Assembly (NCBI GenBank): GCA_025201805.1
Contig: MU619285.1
Coordinates: forward strand, 147,317-211,316
Origin: Parasitella parasitica NRRL 2501
Lineage: Eukaryota > Fungi > Mucoromycota
Length of the DNA stretch: 64,000 nucleotides
Direction of reading: 5' to 3'
The translations under genes were made by a program, and so were the position numbers. The notes beneath the pieces were generated by a model that saw only the letters and a list, made by a program, of their open reading frames with translations, was not told where the DNA came from and searched no databases. Below, piece after piece: positions 38,447 through 52,284 of the stretch (the stretch's first letter is position 1; each line of letters begins with the position of its first letter).

Positions 38447-38712
38447 CCTGTGGTTCTTTTTAATATTTCGCTGAAAAGTAGAGTTTTTGATGCCTGTTCA
38501 AACTATTTTGTCTTCTTCAACTATTGGAAAAAAAGAAAGAGAAATGAAGAAAGTAACTAAAGTAGTTCATGTGTGCTGTTGAACTCGACACTTTTAATAT
38601 TTGGTCATCCGAAGTGGATGTACAGTATTAAGAATGTGCATACATTTGATTGGTCGTTAGGTTGCTTTAAGCCATCCTCTGTTGTTCTCTTTGCCCTTTT
38701 TTTTTACCCGAA

Positions 38713-39401
38713 ATGACAGCAGACAAGAAGAAATCTTTCATATTTATGGCTGCTGCTTTAGCGGAAAATGGCGGTATTGGTTATAAAAACGGATTGCCTT
38801 GGAGTATTCCTGGTGATTGGAAATTTTTCGAAACTATTACGTCAAAGCCTTACAATAAAGGTTTTGGAGATTCCCATATTCCAGACGATACAACCACCTG
38901 GAGCAATGTGGTTATTCTGGGCAGAGGCTCTTATGAATCAAGGCCAATGTTACGTGTCCCGCTATTTCATAGATACAATGTCATCGTTTCTAGATCGCCT
39001 GATTATCAAATGTAAGAGCAAATTACTGTCAAAGTAGGACTTACCAAGTAACAATTGGCAGTGCACCATCCCCCATTGCTGAATTGGTACCAAGCTTAGA
39101 TCAAGCATTCGATTTAGCTAGTAGAATAGTAAGAGAAGATGGCCGCATTTTCGTATTAGGAGGAGAGCAGATTTATCGCCAAAGCATCCTACTTCCAGAA
39201 TGCACGCATGTACTTCTTACAAATGTTTACAGTTCAAAACATATTCCATGCGATACATTCATACCTGAGATTGATCCTCATGTGTTTAGATTGGCGACCC
39301 ATGAAAAATTAGAAGAATTTTTGCAGGAAGAAGTGCCCAAAGGAAGACAGACGCATGAGCATTTTCAATATGAATTTGTTCTTTATCTTAGAAATGAATA
39401 G
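38713..39401 (+). CDS. DFR1: Dihydrofolate reductase (divergent); intron 39012-39061
   Basis: GIGYKNGLPWSIPGDWKFF, NVVILGRGSYES, RYNVIVSR, IFVLGGEQIY, CDTFIP. Confidence 0.88.
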
Positions 39402-39595
39402 CTCGCTAAATTAAAGATCTTTGTATCAAGTACTTTATAAATTATCTAGCTGTATTAAATTTGTCAAATTTTCACTTATATGGGTATCAAAAATTTTTGA
39501 TGAGCAATACAAGAATACAGTGAATGAGTTATATCCGCTTTAGGGCAGATTTATTACTAATTAAGAACTTGATCGTAGTTACAGTGCCTCCGGTG

Positions 39596-39765
39596 CCAAT
39601 TGACGCTTTTGAAAATTAGCTCGCGCTTTTGAAAATCCCAATTGGCGCTTATCTCGAGCCCCAATTCGCGCATTCTAACATCCCAATTCGCGCTTTTGAG
39701 TAACCCAAATAGCGATTCCAAATATCCCATTTAGCGCTTTTAGCTATCCCAAATAACGTACTCAG
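39596..39765. repeat. Subterminal ~22-bp periodic repeat array (consensus ~CCCAATTCGCGCTTTT), mirrored at ~45304-45473
   Basis: About 8 degenerate units visible inside the terminal arm. Confidence 0.75.
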
Positions 39766-39817
39766 TAAAACGCTTTTTGCATCAGTACTCCTTCTTTCAA
39801 TACTGTATTCAACTTAA

Positions 39818-40503
39818 ATGAGCGTTAGATTTTTCAAAGAGGATGGACAAGGAGGAATGTTCAATGAGGATGGCTCTGAGGCCATGGACTGGGAGGAGGA
39901 AGCAGACAATCCCCTTAGGACGCAGACACTTACTTCCTTACACGAATGGCGATTACACCAAATGATCATTGAGCCAGCAGCTCATGATTTACAGAGAGTG
40001 GATGTTGTTATGACAGAACTAGAGGCCAAGATTTCTAGCTCAAGAAAAGTCTACAACAATTATTCTGACGAACAAAAGGCACTCTTCTTGTACCTGCTTA
40101 AGTTTAGATTTTTGAAGGCAAAGCCTGCTGCTGAGCGAGCATTAATCAATGTTAGAACTGCCCAGGGTTGGGTGAAGCGAATGAAGGAAGATCCAGAGTA
40201 GGATATTTACAAAAAACTTACAAACAAAGTCAACCGTGCTGGATCGCAACTGCAGGTAGAGCACAAACACTTCCTGATGAATCTTTTCGATGAGGAACCT
40301 CAAGCAACCAGGCAGGATGTTGCTGATGCTCTTACTGCAGCCTTTGAAGGGTTCAGCCTAAAGGCATCCCAGGTGGGCACATTTATCAAAGATGATTGCA
40401 ACTTGACGGTGAAGCGAATCACTCGTCGACCAGCTGCGAGAAACTCGCCTGAATCGCTTCTCAGGAGGAAGGAGTGGGTTGAAAAATGGTCTCAGACAGA
40501 CCA
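39818..40503 (+). pseudogene. Tc1/IS630 transposase N-terminal (HTH) part; nonsense codon at 40199-40201 and truncated before the DDE domain
   Basis: YNNYSDEQK...AAERALINVRTAQGWVKR..EDPE*DIY...NLTVKRITRRPAARNSPE..RRKEWVEKWSQTD. Confidence 0.85.
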
Positions 40504-40877
40504 TGTCTCCCAACAATTATGCATAAATTATGTATAGTTTGAATATATGACAAAGTATAATTTTAGGTTTTTTGTATCTCGGGGGCGAATTCAAGACATT
40601 CCTATTAGCACAACTCGTCTTGACGTCTCTACTTCATTTAGTCGATAACTGGCCCGGACAAAATACATTGTTGCTACATATTCAATGCTATAAAGGCATC
40701 AGAGATTACATGTAAATGGCTTCATGCGCCAAGAACGTTAATCAAATCAATCGAGAGTTGGTCTTGATCAAGCAATCCTTATCCCAACCCCACTCGCAAT
40801 TCAGATCCCATACAAATACATTAAAAATCGCTACACGAAGGCTTTACTCATTCGGCTTTAAAATAAACATAAATTAT

Positions 40878-42910
40878 TTATCGCTTCTGTCTCTTTGTAG
40901 GTGAAACATATGGTGATGAGAGGTTGCTTAAAGGGGTCTCGGTACCGTCAGATGTGTTAGAGAGAGAGAGATAGTTGGCGATGCTTTGGTGGCTTTCAAG
41001 AATAAGATTCTACCAGTCAAAGTGGGATAAACAAAATGTTAGCTAACCATCATTAAAGAAAAAGGAGGATGTAACGCATTACCTTGAGCTTCCACATGTT
41101 CGAGATAAAATCTGGCAATTGATCTTTGTAGGTGGCAGGGAGATGAGGGATGGAGAAATTATCAACTTTCATGAAAGCATATAAGCCTTGAACATACATC
41201 ATTCGATAAACTATTACTTTTAACTCTGAAAAGAGAGGCTATTGTGTTATGATGGATATGATAAACAATGTCGACAAAAGAGACTTACCATAGATTTGAA
41301 TACCGTATATTTGAATATTTTGGACACGACTTTCAATGATGTGCTTTTTCAGATTGATTATGGATTTAATCATCGTCTTCAAATTTTTAGCAATTTTGTT
41401 TCTGTCACCCATAAAATGAGTCTGATTTTGCACTAATGGGGCACCCGAGACCTCACCAACTGCGAACTCAACATTGTTGTAAATCATGCTTTTAAATATG
41501 AAATCGATGCTTGGTCCTGGGCTTCTTCTGTCATCGTCATCGAGTGCATGATGTTCTTCTTTCTTTTTTGAAATCAGCTTCGCCTCGCCCCTAACGAAAT
41601 AAGCGTTTTCAGTAAGAATTCTACGCGTCGTTATTAAGGTATTACCATCTGATTACTATATTTCGCTTAAAATACTTCAACAAATTATAAAAAAGAGGAT
41701 ACATGAAGCACATCGTGAATTCGTTTTCATTAATATTATCCTCAAATTATGCCCTTCTTGTTGACAAGTTGTTGCTAATTTTAACAGGCTGTATTAGTAT
41801 TGAGCATGCTGCTGGCAATGCATGGTTCATCTTACTATATGGAGAGGACCCGAAGACAATACTTTTCGTATTTGGGCTTAGTCTGTGAGCGTCTTCTTTG
41901 CATCTTTGCTCTCTTCAATGATTTGCATAAACTCTTCCTCTGATAAATTAAAAATCATGTTTTTGTACAATTTATCAAGAACCATACCTTATGTTTAAAA
42001 ATTGACGTGACATAATTTTTCACATCTGCACAGTTCTCTTTTGCTTCAGAATCAATGTCGTTTTGATAGCTTTGGTAGTGGTGCTTGGCTAGCGAATACT
42101 TGTCTTTAAATATCGTATACACACCAGCGGAACCAGTGCGAGCGGTAAAATCCAATATATTGTAGTATAGGAGACTGTATCGTTTAAGTTGGATTTGAGC
42201 ATATAACATAATCATTGAAGATGATTTAATAAACTTACTCTTGCTTATGTATCTTAACAATGTGGTGTGCTGTTGCCAACCAGTTCAACATCTCCTCTTT
42301 GATACCTTGCGGATTAAACATATCGTCAGTTCCTAAGAAGAGCCGATCTATTTCATCATTTGGTTTTACAGTGGTCGACTACACAACAAAATTTGTGGCG
42401 ATTAATATATATTTATCACAAAATATTTGATAAACTCACAGTAATCAACTCCTTCATCGCGTTATCTTCTTGTATATGCAGGTTGGCATGGAATTTTCGT
42501 CTTTTGCGCGACAAATTCATCAGTTTCTCCTACAATTTACATAATCTATGTATAAGGCACGTCTGATAACAGTATGAGAATCACGCAATACCTCCTGAAT
42601 AAGATCTGCCAAATCTTCCCAATCGACATTGTTGTAATCACCAATCAACTATTTGAAGAAAAAAACAAACCATCAGCAGCCTTCACTAACAAAGTTCCAA
42701 CTATATTACCTGAAACTTCTCTTCTCTTTTCTTTACAGAAGCAAACAAGCGCGACCAATAAGTTCGAAACTGATTAGATGGTCCTTCTTGCTTATCAGGC
42801 AGATTGGCAGAATGCTTCACAATAATGTCCTTCTTCGCCGCAAAGAACAAGCTGAATTTAGCCTCATTGACATCACCCAAGTCTTCCAAGTATGTAAGTA
42901 TAATGTCCAT
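40878..42910 (-). pseudogene. PD-(D/E)xK-nuclease-like cargo gene (intron-containing, disrupted)
   Basis: MDIILTYLED... start; ENEFT..FMYPLF (frameshift), W/GEAKL...GPSIDFIF...EFAVGEVSG...GDRNKIAKNLK, IYGIQ, ends SPYVSPTKRQKR*. Confidence 0.7.
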
Positions 42911-43417
42911 TTTGTAGTTATAATCAAGAGTGAAAGAAAGCTTGCTGCACACATTTTGAAATGGAATCTTCCAATTATGACTGTCATACTTCCAGAAGGA
43001 TGACGCGTTTTTTTTTTCATGAATTTGCCTAGTACAGCCAATCTTGGCTATTGTGTCAACTTATTTCCTTCAACTATAAATGCTATAATCATAATGGTAG
43101 ATGTGCGATAATAATGCGTAAAGACTGAACTTTTAAGGCCTTACTTAAAATGTGTCGATAGCCCTGACGATAATCATGTACAATCACATCAGCTTCGAAC
43201 GCGCAGCAAATGTTTCTCAGCCTTTTCTCCCTAAAAATGTTTTGCTTACTCATTCCATGTAAAAAAGGTACATCTTCCACACAAATATAAAGAGTTGTCA
43301 TGAATTAGGTCAACTAGAATTACTAGTAGCGACATTACCTGAACCAAATACTTGGATTGGACTCTCAGGATAACCCTCAGTTGCAAAACTCCAGTTATCT
43401 TCCACCCAGTCCTTGTA

Positions 43418-44117
43418 NNNNNNNNNNNNNNNNNNNNNNNNNNNNNNNNNNNNNNNNNNNNNNNNNNNNNNNNNNNNNNNNNNNNNNNNNNNNNNNNNNN
43501 NNNNNNNNNNNNNNNNNNNNNNNNNNNNNNNNNNNNNNNNNNNNNNNNNNNNNNNNNNNNNNNNNNNNNNNNNNNNNNNNNNNNNNNNNNNNNNNNNNNN
43601 NNNNNNNNNNNNNNNNNNNNNNNNNNNNNNNNNNNNNNNNNNNNNNNNNNNNNNNNNNNNNNNNNNNNNNNNNNNNNNNNNNNNNNNNNNNNNNNNNNNN
43701 NNNNNNNNNNNNNNNNNNNNNNNNNNNNNNNNNNNNNNNNNNNNNNNNNNNNNNNNNNNNNNNNNNNNNNNNNNNNNNNNNNNNNNNNNNNNNNNNNNNN
43801 NNNNNNNNNNNNNNNNNNNNNNNNNNNNNNNNNNNNNNNNNNNNNNNNNNNNNNNNNNNNNNNNNNNNNNNNNNNNNNNNNNNNNNNNNNNNNNNNNNNN
43901 NNNNNNNNNNNNNNNNNNNNNNNNNNNNNNNNNNNNNNNNNNNNNNNNNNNNNNNNNNNNNNNNNNNNNNNNNNNNNNNNNNNNNNNNNNNNNNNNNNNN
44001 NNNNNNNNNNNNNNNNNNNNNNNNNNNNNNNNNNNNNNNNNNNNNNNNNNNNNNNNNNNNNNNNNNNNNNNNNNNNNNNNNNNNNNNNNNNNNNNNNNNN
44101 NNNNNNNNNNNNNNNNN
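43418..44117. other. Assembly gap (700 N) flanked by an identical 67-bp sequence
   Basis: N run; 43351-43417 equals 44118-44184. Confidence 0.97.
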
Positions 44118-44682
44118 CTTGGATTGGACTCTCAGGATAACCCTCAGTTGCAAAACTCCAGTTATCTTCCACCCAGTCCTTGTATTCTGATCTCAGGTTA
44201 TCGTCAAATCACTTGGGTTGGACTCGCAGGATAGCCCTCGTTGTAATTTGCGCGGAAACCATACCGTTTGAAAGGTAATGTTTCCAAAAAAATCACTCCT
44301 CGTGTATGGAACTAAATAAGATTGTTGGTAGCAAATTACGTGAATCAAATTTTGCGAATATGCCTGTATTGATTTCAGATATCCGGTATTAAAAATTTCC
44401 ACGCACAGCCTAATTGCTCAACTATGCATTTTATGTTGGTCGTACGCTTTACACCCAAAGTGGAGGAACTAGAGGTTTAGCATACCAGATTAGCTTTTTC
44501 AATAGCTCTGTGTAATTGATGTCATTTTGATTATGGTTCTGATTATTTCTCATAAACTCTCGAGATTGTATTGATTTGAAGAGACGTTTTTAATCCGAAA
44601 TAGTTCATGAGACAGGTATCAACGTATTCAATGTCTTGTGCTGTTTCATCAGCCAACTATTCAAAGAGTCTGTCAGTTGTAT

Positions 44683-45251
44683 ATAAATGTGCCCACCTGG
44701 GATGCCTTTAGGCTGAACCCTTCAAAGGCTGCAGTAAGAGCATCAGCAACATCCTGCCTGGTTGCTTGAGGTTCCTCATCGAAAAGATTCATCAGGAAGT
44801 GTTTGTGCTCTACCTGCAGTTGCGATCCAGCACGGTTGACTTTGTTTGTAAGTTTTTTGTAAATATCCTACTCTGGATCTTCCTTCATTCGCTTCACCCA
44901 ACCCTGGGCAGTTCTAACATTGATTAATGCTCGCTCAGCAGCAGGCTTTGCCTTCAAAAATCTAAACTTAAGCAGGTACAAGAAGAGTGCCTTTTGTTCG
45001 TCAGAATAATTGTTGTAGACTTTTCTTGAGCTAGAAATCTTGGCCTCTAGTTCTGTCATAACAACATCCACTCTCTGTAAATCATGAGCTGCTGGCTCAA
45101 TGATCATTTGGTGTAATCGCCATTCGTGTAAGGAAGTAAGTGTCTGCGTCCTAAGGGGATTGTCTGCTTCCTCCTCCCAGTCCATGGCCTCAGAGCCATC
45201 CTCATTGAACATTCCTCCTTGTCCATCCTCTTTGAAAAATCTAACGCTCAT
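44683..45251 (-). pseudogene. Second, inverted copy of the Tc1/IS630 transposase N-terminal part
   Basis: Protein identical to 39818-40201 including the same premature TAG; truncated at 44683. Confidence 0.88.
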
Positions 45252-45959
45252 TTAAGTTGAATACAGTATTGAAAGAAGGAGTACTGATGCAAAAAGCGTT
45301 TTACTGAGTACGTTATTTGGGATAGCTAAAAGCGCTAAATGGGATATTTGGAATCGCTATTTGGGTTACTCAAAAGCGCGAATTGGGATGTTAGAATGCG
45401 CGAATTGGGGCTCGAGATAAGCGCCAATTGGGATTTTCAAAAGCGCGAACTAATTTTCAAAAGCGTCAATTGGCACCGGAGGCACTGTATAGAATGTACG
45501 TATTTAGAAATGAAATTTTCTGAATAGAAAAGAGTGGCGCAAGCATTGTTTAGGTCGGCACGAACAATAACAAGAGAAGCTGGAGGTTCTCTTGTGTTTG
45601 TTGTGTGGGCCTGAAGTCCTATCATTTTTGTTATGGAGTCACATGAGCTGAAGGATGATACTCAACCCAGAAGTTTGCTGATTTGAGTTTTTCAGCAATC
45701 ACAACTCTTTGCTGATCATGATCGTAAAGATTTGCTAGACTAATTTGAATATCATTTGCCAATTTGTATAGCAACAATTGAAACCGTAAAAGCATTTATA
45801 ATGAATGGGACGATAGTAACTTGTACGTTGGTTCTGTTTTCTAGACAAAGATATATTATTACAGGTGAGACACATTCTTTATATATCTTTTAATTGCGTT
45901 TTAATAATATTTTTCCTCTTAAAGAAAAGCTTGTTTGACTTGTGTTTGTACTATACAAT

Positions 45960-46748
45960 TTACTTGGATAAAGCGCTTTGGAGAGCTTCATAAACCTCAA
46001 CCTCAACCTTGGCAGCAGCCTTCTCTTTATCAGTAGCAGCACTACCAGCTTGGCGTTGAGCCTCAGCGAGACCAGCTTGAACACGCTATACATACACAAA
46101 AAGTTGATTTTCAGCATTTCCTTCTATAAAATCAACCATTCCAAAAATAATCCCAAATGTAAATTACCTCGAGGGAGAGTTCTTCAAGAGGGAAAGCCTC
46201 AACAGCATTGATATTGAGAGAGTTATCAGGGTTGATAGTAGCAAAACCACCAGAAACTGTTTTTAATATAAATTAACAGGGGTAAATTGAAAAGCTCAAA
46301 TTTGCATCTTATGTCAGTACTCTTACCGAAGAATTTCTTGGTGAGTTCAGCGGTCTCAACAACTTCGACGACGCCAGGGTTCAATTGCTCGATGGTAGGA
46401 ACGTGGTTGGCGAGAATACCCATATCACCGGAGGTAGCAGCCAAGTTGACTTGTTGAACATCGGTGGCCTTGTAGATAGCCTAAAGAATTTATTTAATAT
46501 GCATGTTGATTCTCTTTTTTTTTTCTGTTTGGCATCTGAGTGCTTTAATTGATATAGGATTGCTTTACCTTGTGGGGAACGACAAAGGTCAAACGAAGAG
46601 CCTCGGAAGCAGCAGGAGCTTCAGTGGCATAGAAACGAGCTAAATGCGTAAATGTGAGCATGGGATGTTGAAATGTCAATTTGATTGATGCTTTACCCAT
46701 AGCGAGGGGCTTGAGGGCGGCACGAGCAGACTTGGCGAGAACGTTCAT
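45960..46748 (-). CDS. ATP16: Mitochondrial F1 ATP synthase delta subunit (multi-exon)
   Basis: Presequence + RFYATEA, LRLTFVVPH, QVNLAATSGDMGILANHVPTIEQLNPGVVEV, SGGFATINP, NAVEAFPLEE, AKVEVEVYEALQSAL. Confidence 0.95.
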
Positions 46749-46887
46749 TTTATAGTCAAAAGATATTTTCGGTGAGGAAGAAAAAAAGTTATTTTGGCTT
46801 ATTTGAAAAAAATGTTAGGTGGTCGTTCTTGTGGTTGGACTTCCAAAATACAGTATACATTAGGGGGCGAGAGAGAGGGACGCTAGG

Positions 46888-46895
46888 TGACGTCA
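46888..46895. promoter_or_regulatory. Palindromic CRE/ATF-type site TGACGTCA in the ATP16-ATP2 divergent intergenic region
   Basis: Exact 8-mer match only; function untested. Confidence 0.35.
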
Positions 46896-47330
46896 GAAAC
46901 CTGTAAAGACCTACTTCATTTCATAAATGATAATGAATGGCGATATATTGCACCTAAATGTACCTGTTAGTCAGCTAGATCACCACTTGAGCTCTTATCT
47001 ATCTCAATTTTGTTGCTATGGCAACTAATTATTTCTGCTATATGGCGTAAATCACATCCAAAATCAAAGACATTTTCTTCAAATCTCATACTCTGCCTTC
47101 TCCACAACCATGTCAAATTTTATACTCAGTGGCAATAACCACCCCCCTCACCCCTTGTGGTTTGATGTAGCATGCTATTAGCACTCCGTTTTCCCCGGCT
47201 TGATATTCACGTAATAACGTCGAAGGCAAAGGGGAGGGGTGTAAAAACGAAGGAAGATGGATGAAAAAAGTATCAAGTCTTTTACCGTTCTAAAATCCTT
47301 TTTTCACCCCTTTCCCTCGGTATTTAAGCT

Positions 47331-49061
<1,731 letters not shown>

Positions 49062-49353
49062 ATTAAATTGATGTAACTTGACCAAAAAAAAAGTTATTTA
49101 TTTCACAAAATAAAAATTATAAAGCTATCACAAGAAAGAAAGAAGAGGATATTTTTGATAGTTGTCTATGTAATTGCCAACTGGTAATGTTCGTCTCATT
49201 GACCTAAAGTGATATGAAAGGTAGCTCCAGATGTTAGCAAAAGTACGATTATTCTGGATGATGGATCCCGAGTAAACTATCAGTTCTTTGGATTGAGAGC
49301 CATAACACCTATGTTTACATAGTATGCTCTATTTGCTAATCACTGGGTGAATT

Positions 49354-51168
49354 TTGATAGATAACTACTGCTGGAGTTTACCAACTGTCCACACAGTTGA
49401 TTTTTCGGTATCTCCAAACAAGCTTTTTGAAAGGTTTCCTGACGACTTTCCAAATGAAAACTCGATCAGTGATAGCCGCTTGGAATTCACATTGAAGAGA
49501 GCATCACCATTGAAAGAAGCTCAACTAATGGATGATGGACAAGAGAAGCGTCATTCTGAAAATCTGATGCTGAAAGGTGAAGACGTTGTCTTTGATAACT
49601 AAATAGCAATTCTACACTATTTTACGCCTTTAATTTTTCAATTTTCCGGAACGAGTTCTATTTTCCCAACTTTGACCCTGGAATACGATATAACGACAAA
49701 TCGCAAATACAGAAGAGTGCACTCCAGTAAATTTAATGCGAAAGATCACTTCTACAGAATATTAATGGACGCAAAGTAAAAACGGATTTGATGACCCAGC
49801 ATAGTAAAGCCGCTCAACCCTCCCAACCCTTTACTGCCACAAATTACCGATATCTAAATCGCCAACATGATCCGAGGAACAAAGATGCAGCTAAAATCGT
49901 CTAAGGAAGAGTAACCAGATATATGCCTTGATATAATCAGCAATAAACTATTGCTGATTTCTTTTTTTCTTAAAGGTTTGATTTACATTTAAAAAACATG
50001 GTGCTCATCTCGCGTTAAATAAAGACTATGAATATCTCAAAAAGAAGTTTCAATATAGTATACGAGGAAACTAATTAGTGGGCAAATTGACAATGCAGAT
50101 TGTGGAACAACATGGAAGTAACCAATTGTTGTGGCAATAGTCTACAACGGTGGTATACTACTAGGTGATTTGAATGATACAGTAGGAGAGGTTCTTACAA
50201 GCAATTCACAACATGATGATTTAAAAGAAGCAATAACCAAGGCATTTGAATGTTTAGTATATTATCTCTTTCGAGTGTGTGTATTTTTTATTATTCGGCA
50301 TTAACCAGGTTTGAGCAGCTATGACTTCTTTGATGATGAAGACCGTTCTTGTCGCCCAGCATCCGAGCCTTAGGTAATATAGGTATGGTGTTTGGCATTG
50401 CAGGGGGAGTGCTTGACATGGTGGTGATTCTTTTCTCAGGAACAAACTTTCTTTTTGAAGATTCTCCTTTCGAAGCAAGCCAAGATTGAGGGGTTTTTCC
50501 CCAAGAAGATCAATAACAGCGTTGTGAATTTCATCCGTCGTTCCAATGAAATGGAACTCTGCTCTCGTTTTGTTGATCCGCTTTTATCTGGACTCTTTGA
50601 TGATCCTGATCAAGGTATCTTTTTACGATGGACTAACGAAACAACCTTGGAAGCCAAAATCGAACAAAGCTTGTTGAGCTGGAGGCCTGACCTTTGTATC
50701 ACAAGATTGCAAGGTGTAAAATGGAGTTCAAGTCTAGATTTTGGAGAGGCTAAACCGGCTTGCAAAGAATCCAATCTTTATGGAATATGCTGAGATCTTT
50801 TACGGGTTGCGATGTTCTGCAAAAACGTGTTGTTTCACAAAAGATGGTAGGAGTCCTTGGTTTACAAATCGTTGGCAGAAGTATCGCTTCTTATGCCTTG
50901 ATCTTACCTTCGAGCGGTTTATATATCATGTATGAAATTACCAAAGTCCAGATACCAGATTCTTTGCATGATCTATCGAAGCTTGTTATGGACATCTCTA
51001 ACTTGTTGATTGTGCTCGACACATTCGACAAAGTCTGTATTCCTTCCGCTTATCCCTCACCCCTCGAATTACATCGCCCGACTATAATCAGCTCCACCTT
51101 GGACTAGTTATTTTTACCATCCCAAAATCAAAAACGCCCTTGTCATTTGAAATGTCAACATAATTAGT
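49354..51168 (+). pseudogene. PD-(D/E)xK-nuclease-like gene, disrupted
   Basis: EMELCSRFVDPLLSGLFDDPD..FLRWTNE...RPDLCI...DFGEAK, stop at 50791, DLLRVAMFCKN, LGLQIVGR, GLYIMYE, C-terminal RPTI...KRPCHL; the 5' boundary is uncertain. Confidence 0.7.
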
Positions 51169-51499
51169 TTATAATAAAGTAGTTCATAGTAAAGGTATAG
51201 GGTATTGGCGAATAACAAAATATGAAATTATACAAATCAATAGATAGATATCCTTCTACTTTATTCATTAAAAAGTCATTTAGTATGTTTATAATAACCA
51301 GGTTAGCCTAGATAGAGGTTAACTTGGTTGGCCTGCCGCCTCGGGGATTATATTGGCTCGCGATGGAACCTCCAGGTTAGCCACTGTGCTACATTATAAC
51401 AAGTCTTTTAACGGCCAATTTAATATTCTCAATAACAGGCCAACGCGCCATTACATTTGTTCATCAACAAATGAAAATTGAAAAATCAATTTTACTAAA

Positions 51500-51985
51500 A
51501 ACATCTTTACGAGAGACAGTTTGACAGGCAGCAATTATTCGAAGAGTCAGGGTATCGTGAGAGTCCAAAGGATGTCTTTTTAATATGTTGCTTTACGTTG
51601 GACCAAAACTGAGGAATGGTGAATAGGGGGGGGGCAAAAATCGAAGTTTATATCCTCTTGCTTCCATATAAGCAGGTACGCGATTGTTGTCATGAATTCT
51701 TACATTGTCCACCACAACGTAATACCCTTTCATCCCTTCTTTGTCATTTACACCCAACATATTTTTACGAATATGAGAATATGATCTGTAGTAGTACCTT
51801 TTCCTGCTCGTACAAACTTGGATGTTCCAAGAACCTTTCTTCTTTTGTAAACTCCTGAATTTCTTTTGGAGATGTCGATGATCCCAGCACTGCTTATACA
51901 GCCCATGATAGTGATACTGGTGCTTTTTTGAGTTGGAACCTTGACCTTCGCAGGTTTATTTTTTGGGGCCCAGGCCGAAACTAGC
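51500..51985 (-). mobile_element. Degenerate Tc1/IS630 DDE transposase fragment
   Basis: AWAPKNKPAKVKVPT...SITIMGCISSAG...KGTTTDH, then frameshifted VVDNVRIH...PPYSPFL. Confidence 0.82.
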
Positions 51986-52284
51986 TGAAAGTCTTCTTCT
52001 TTTAATATCAAGTTAGCTTTGTTATTTTCCATTTCTTCTAACTCATCGTTAGCCATGCTATTCTTATTAGCAACATTCATTATGGTATATTGAGCATAAC
52101 TGTAGTCTACTTTTTGCATTTTGTCTCTTTCTTTCATTCCGTGAATTGTGAGAATTTATTTTATTTCATAACTGAAATACGCATGATTATGACAGGATAA
52201 ATGTATAAATACAATGCACAAAACAGACGTGGGCGGAGGGAGTGGCTAAAAGATGTGTATATGGATATATGAGTATATGAGGGC

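Larger units (their letters stand above)
39582..45487. mobile_element. Non-autonomous Tc1/IS630-derived element with 805-bp inverted arms and internal cargo
   Basis: TA|CAGTGCCTCC...GGAGGCACTG|TA termini; arms 39582-40386 and 44683-45487 are reverse complements with one mismatch seen; each encodes the same 127-aa transposase N-terminal ORF. Confidence 0.92.

Noticed and set aside
39596-39765. Regularly spaced repeats as a possible CRISPR array
   Set aside because: Units are degenerate, spacers are only ~6-8 bp, there are no cas genes, the context is eukaryotic, and the array lies within a transposon end
43246-44234. 250-300 aa ORFs spanning the N run
   Set aside because: Artefacts of translating N bases
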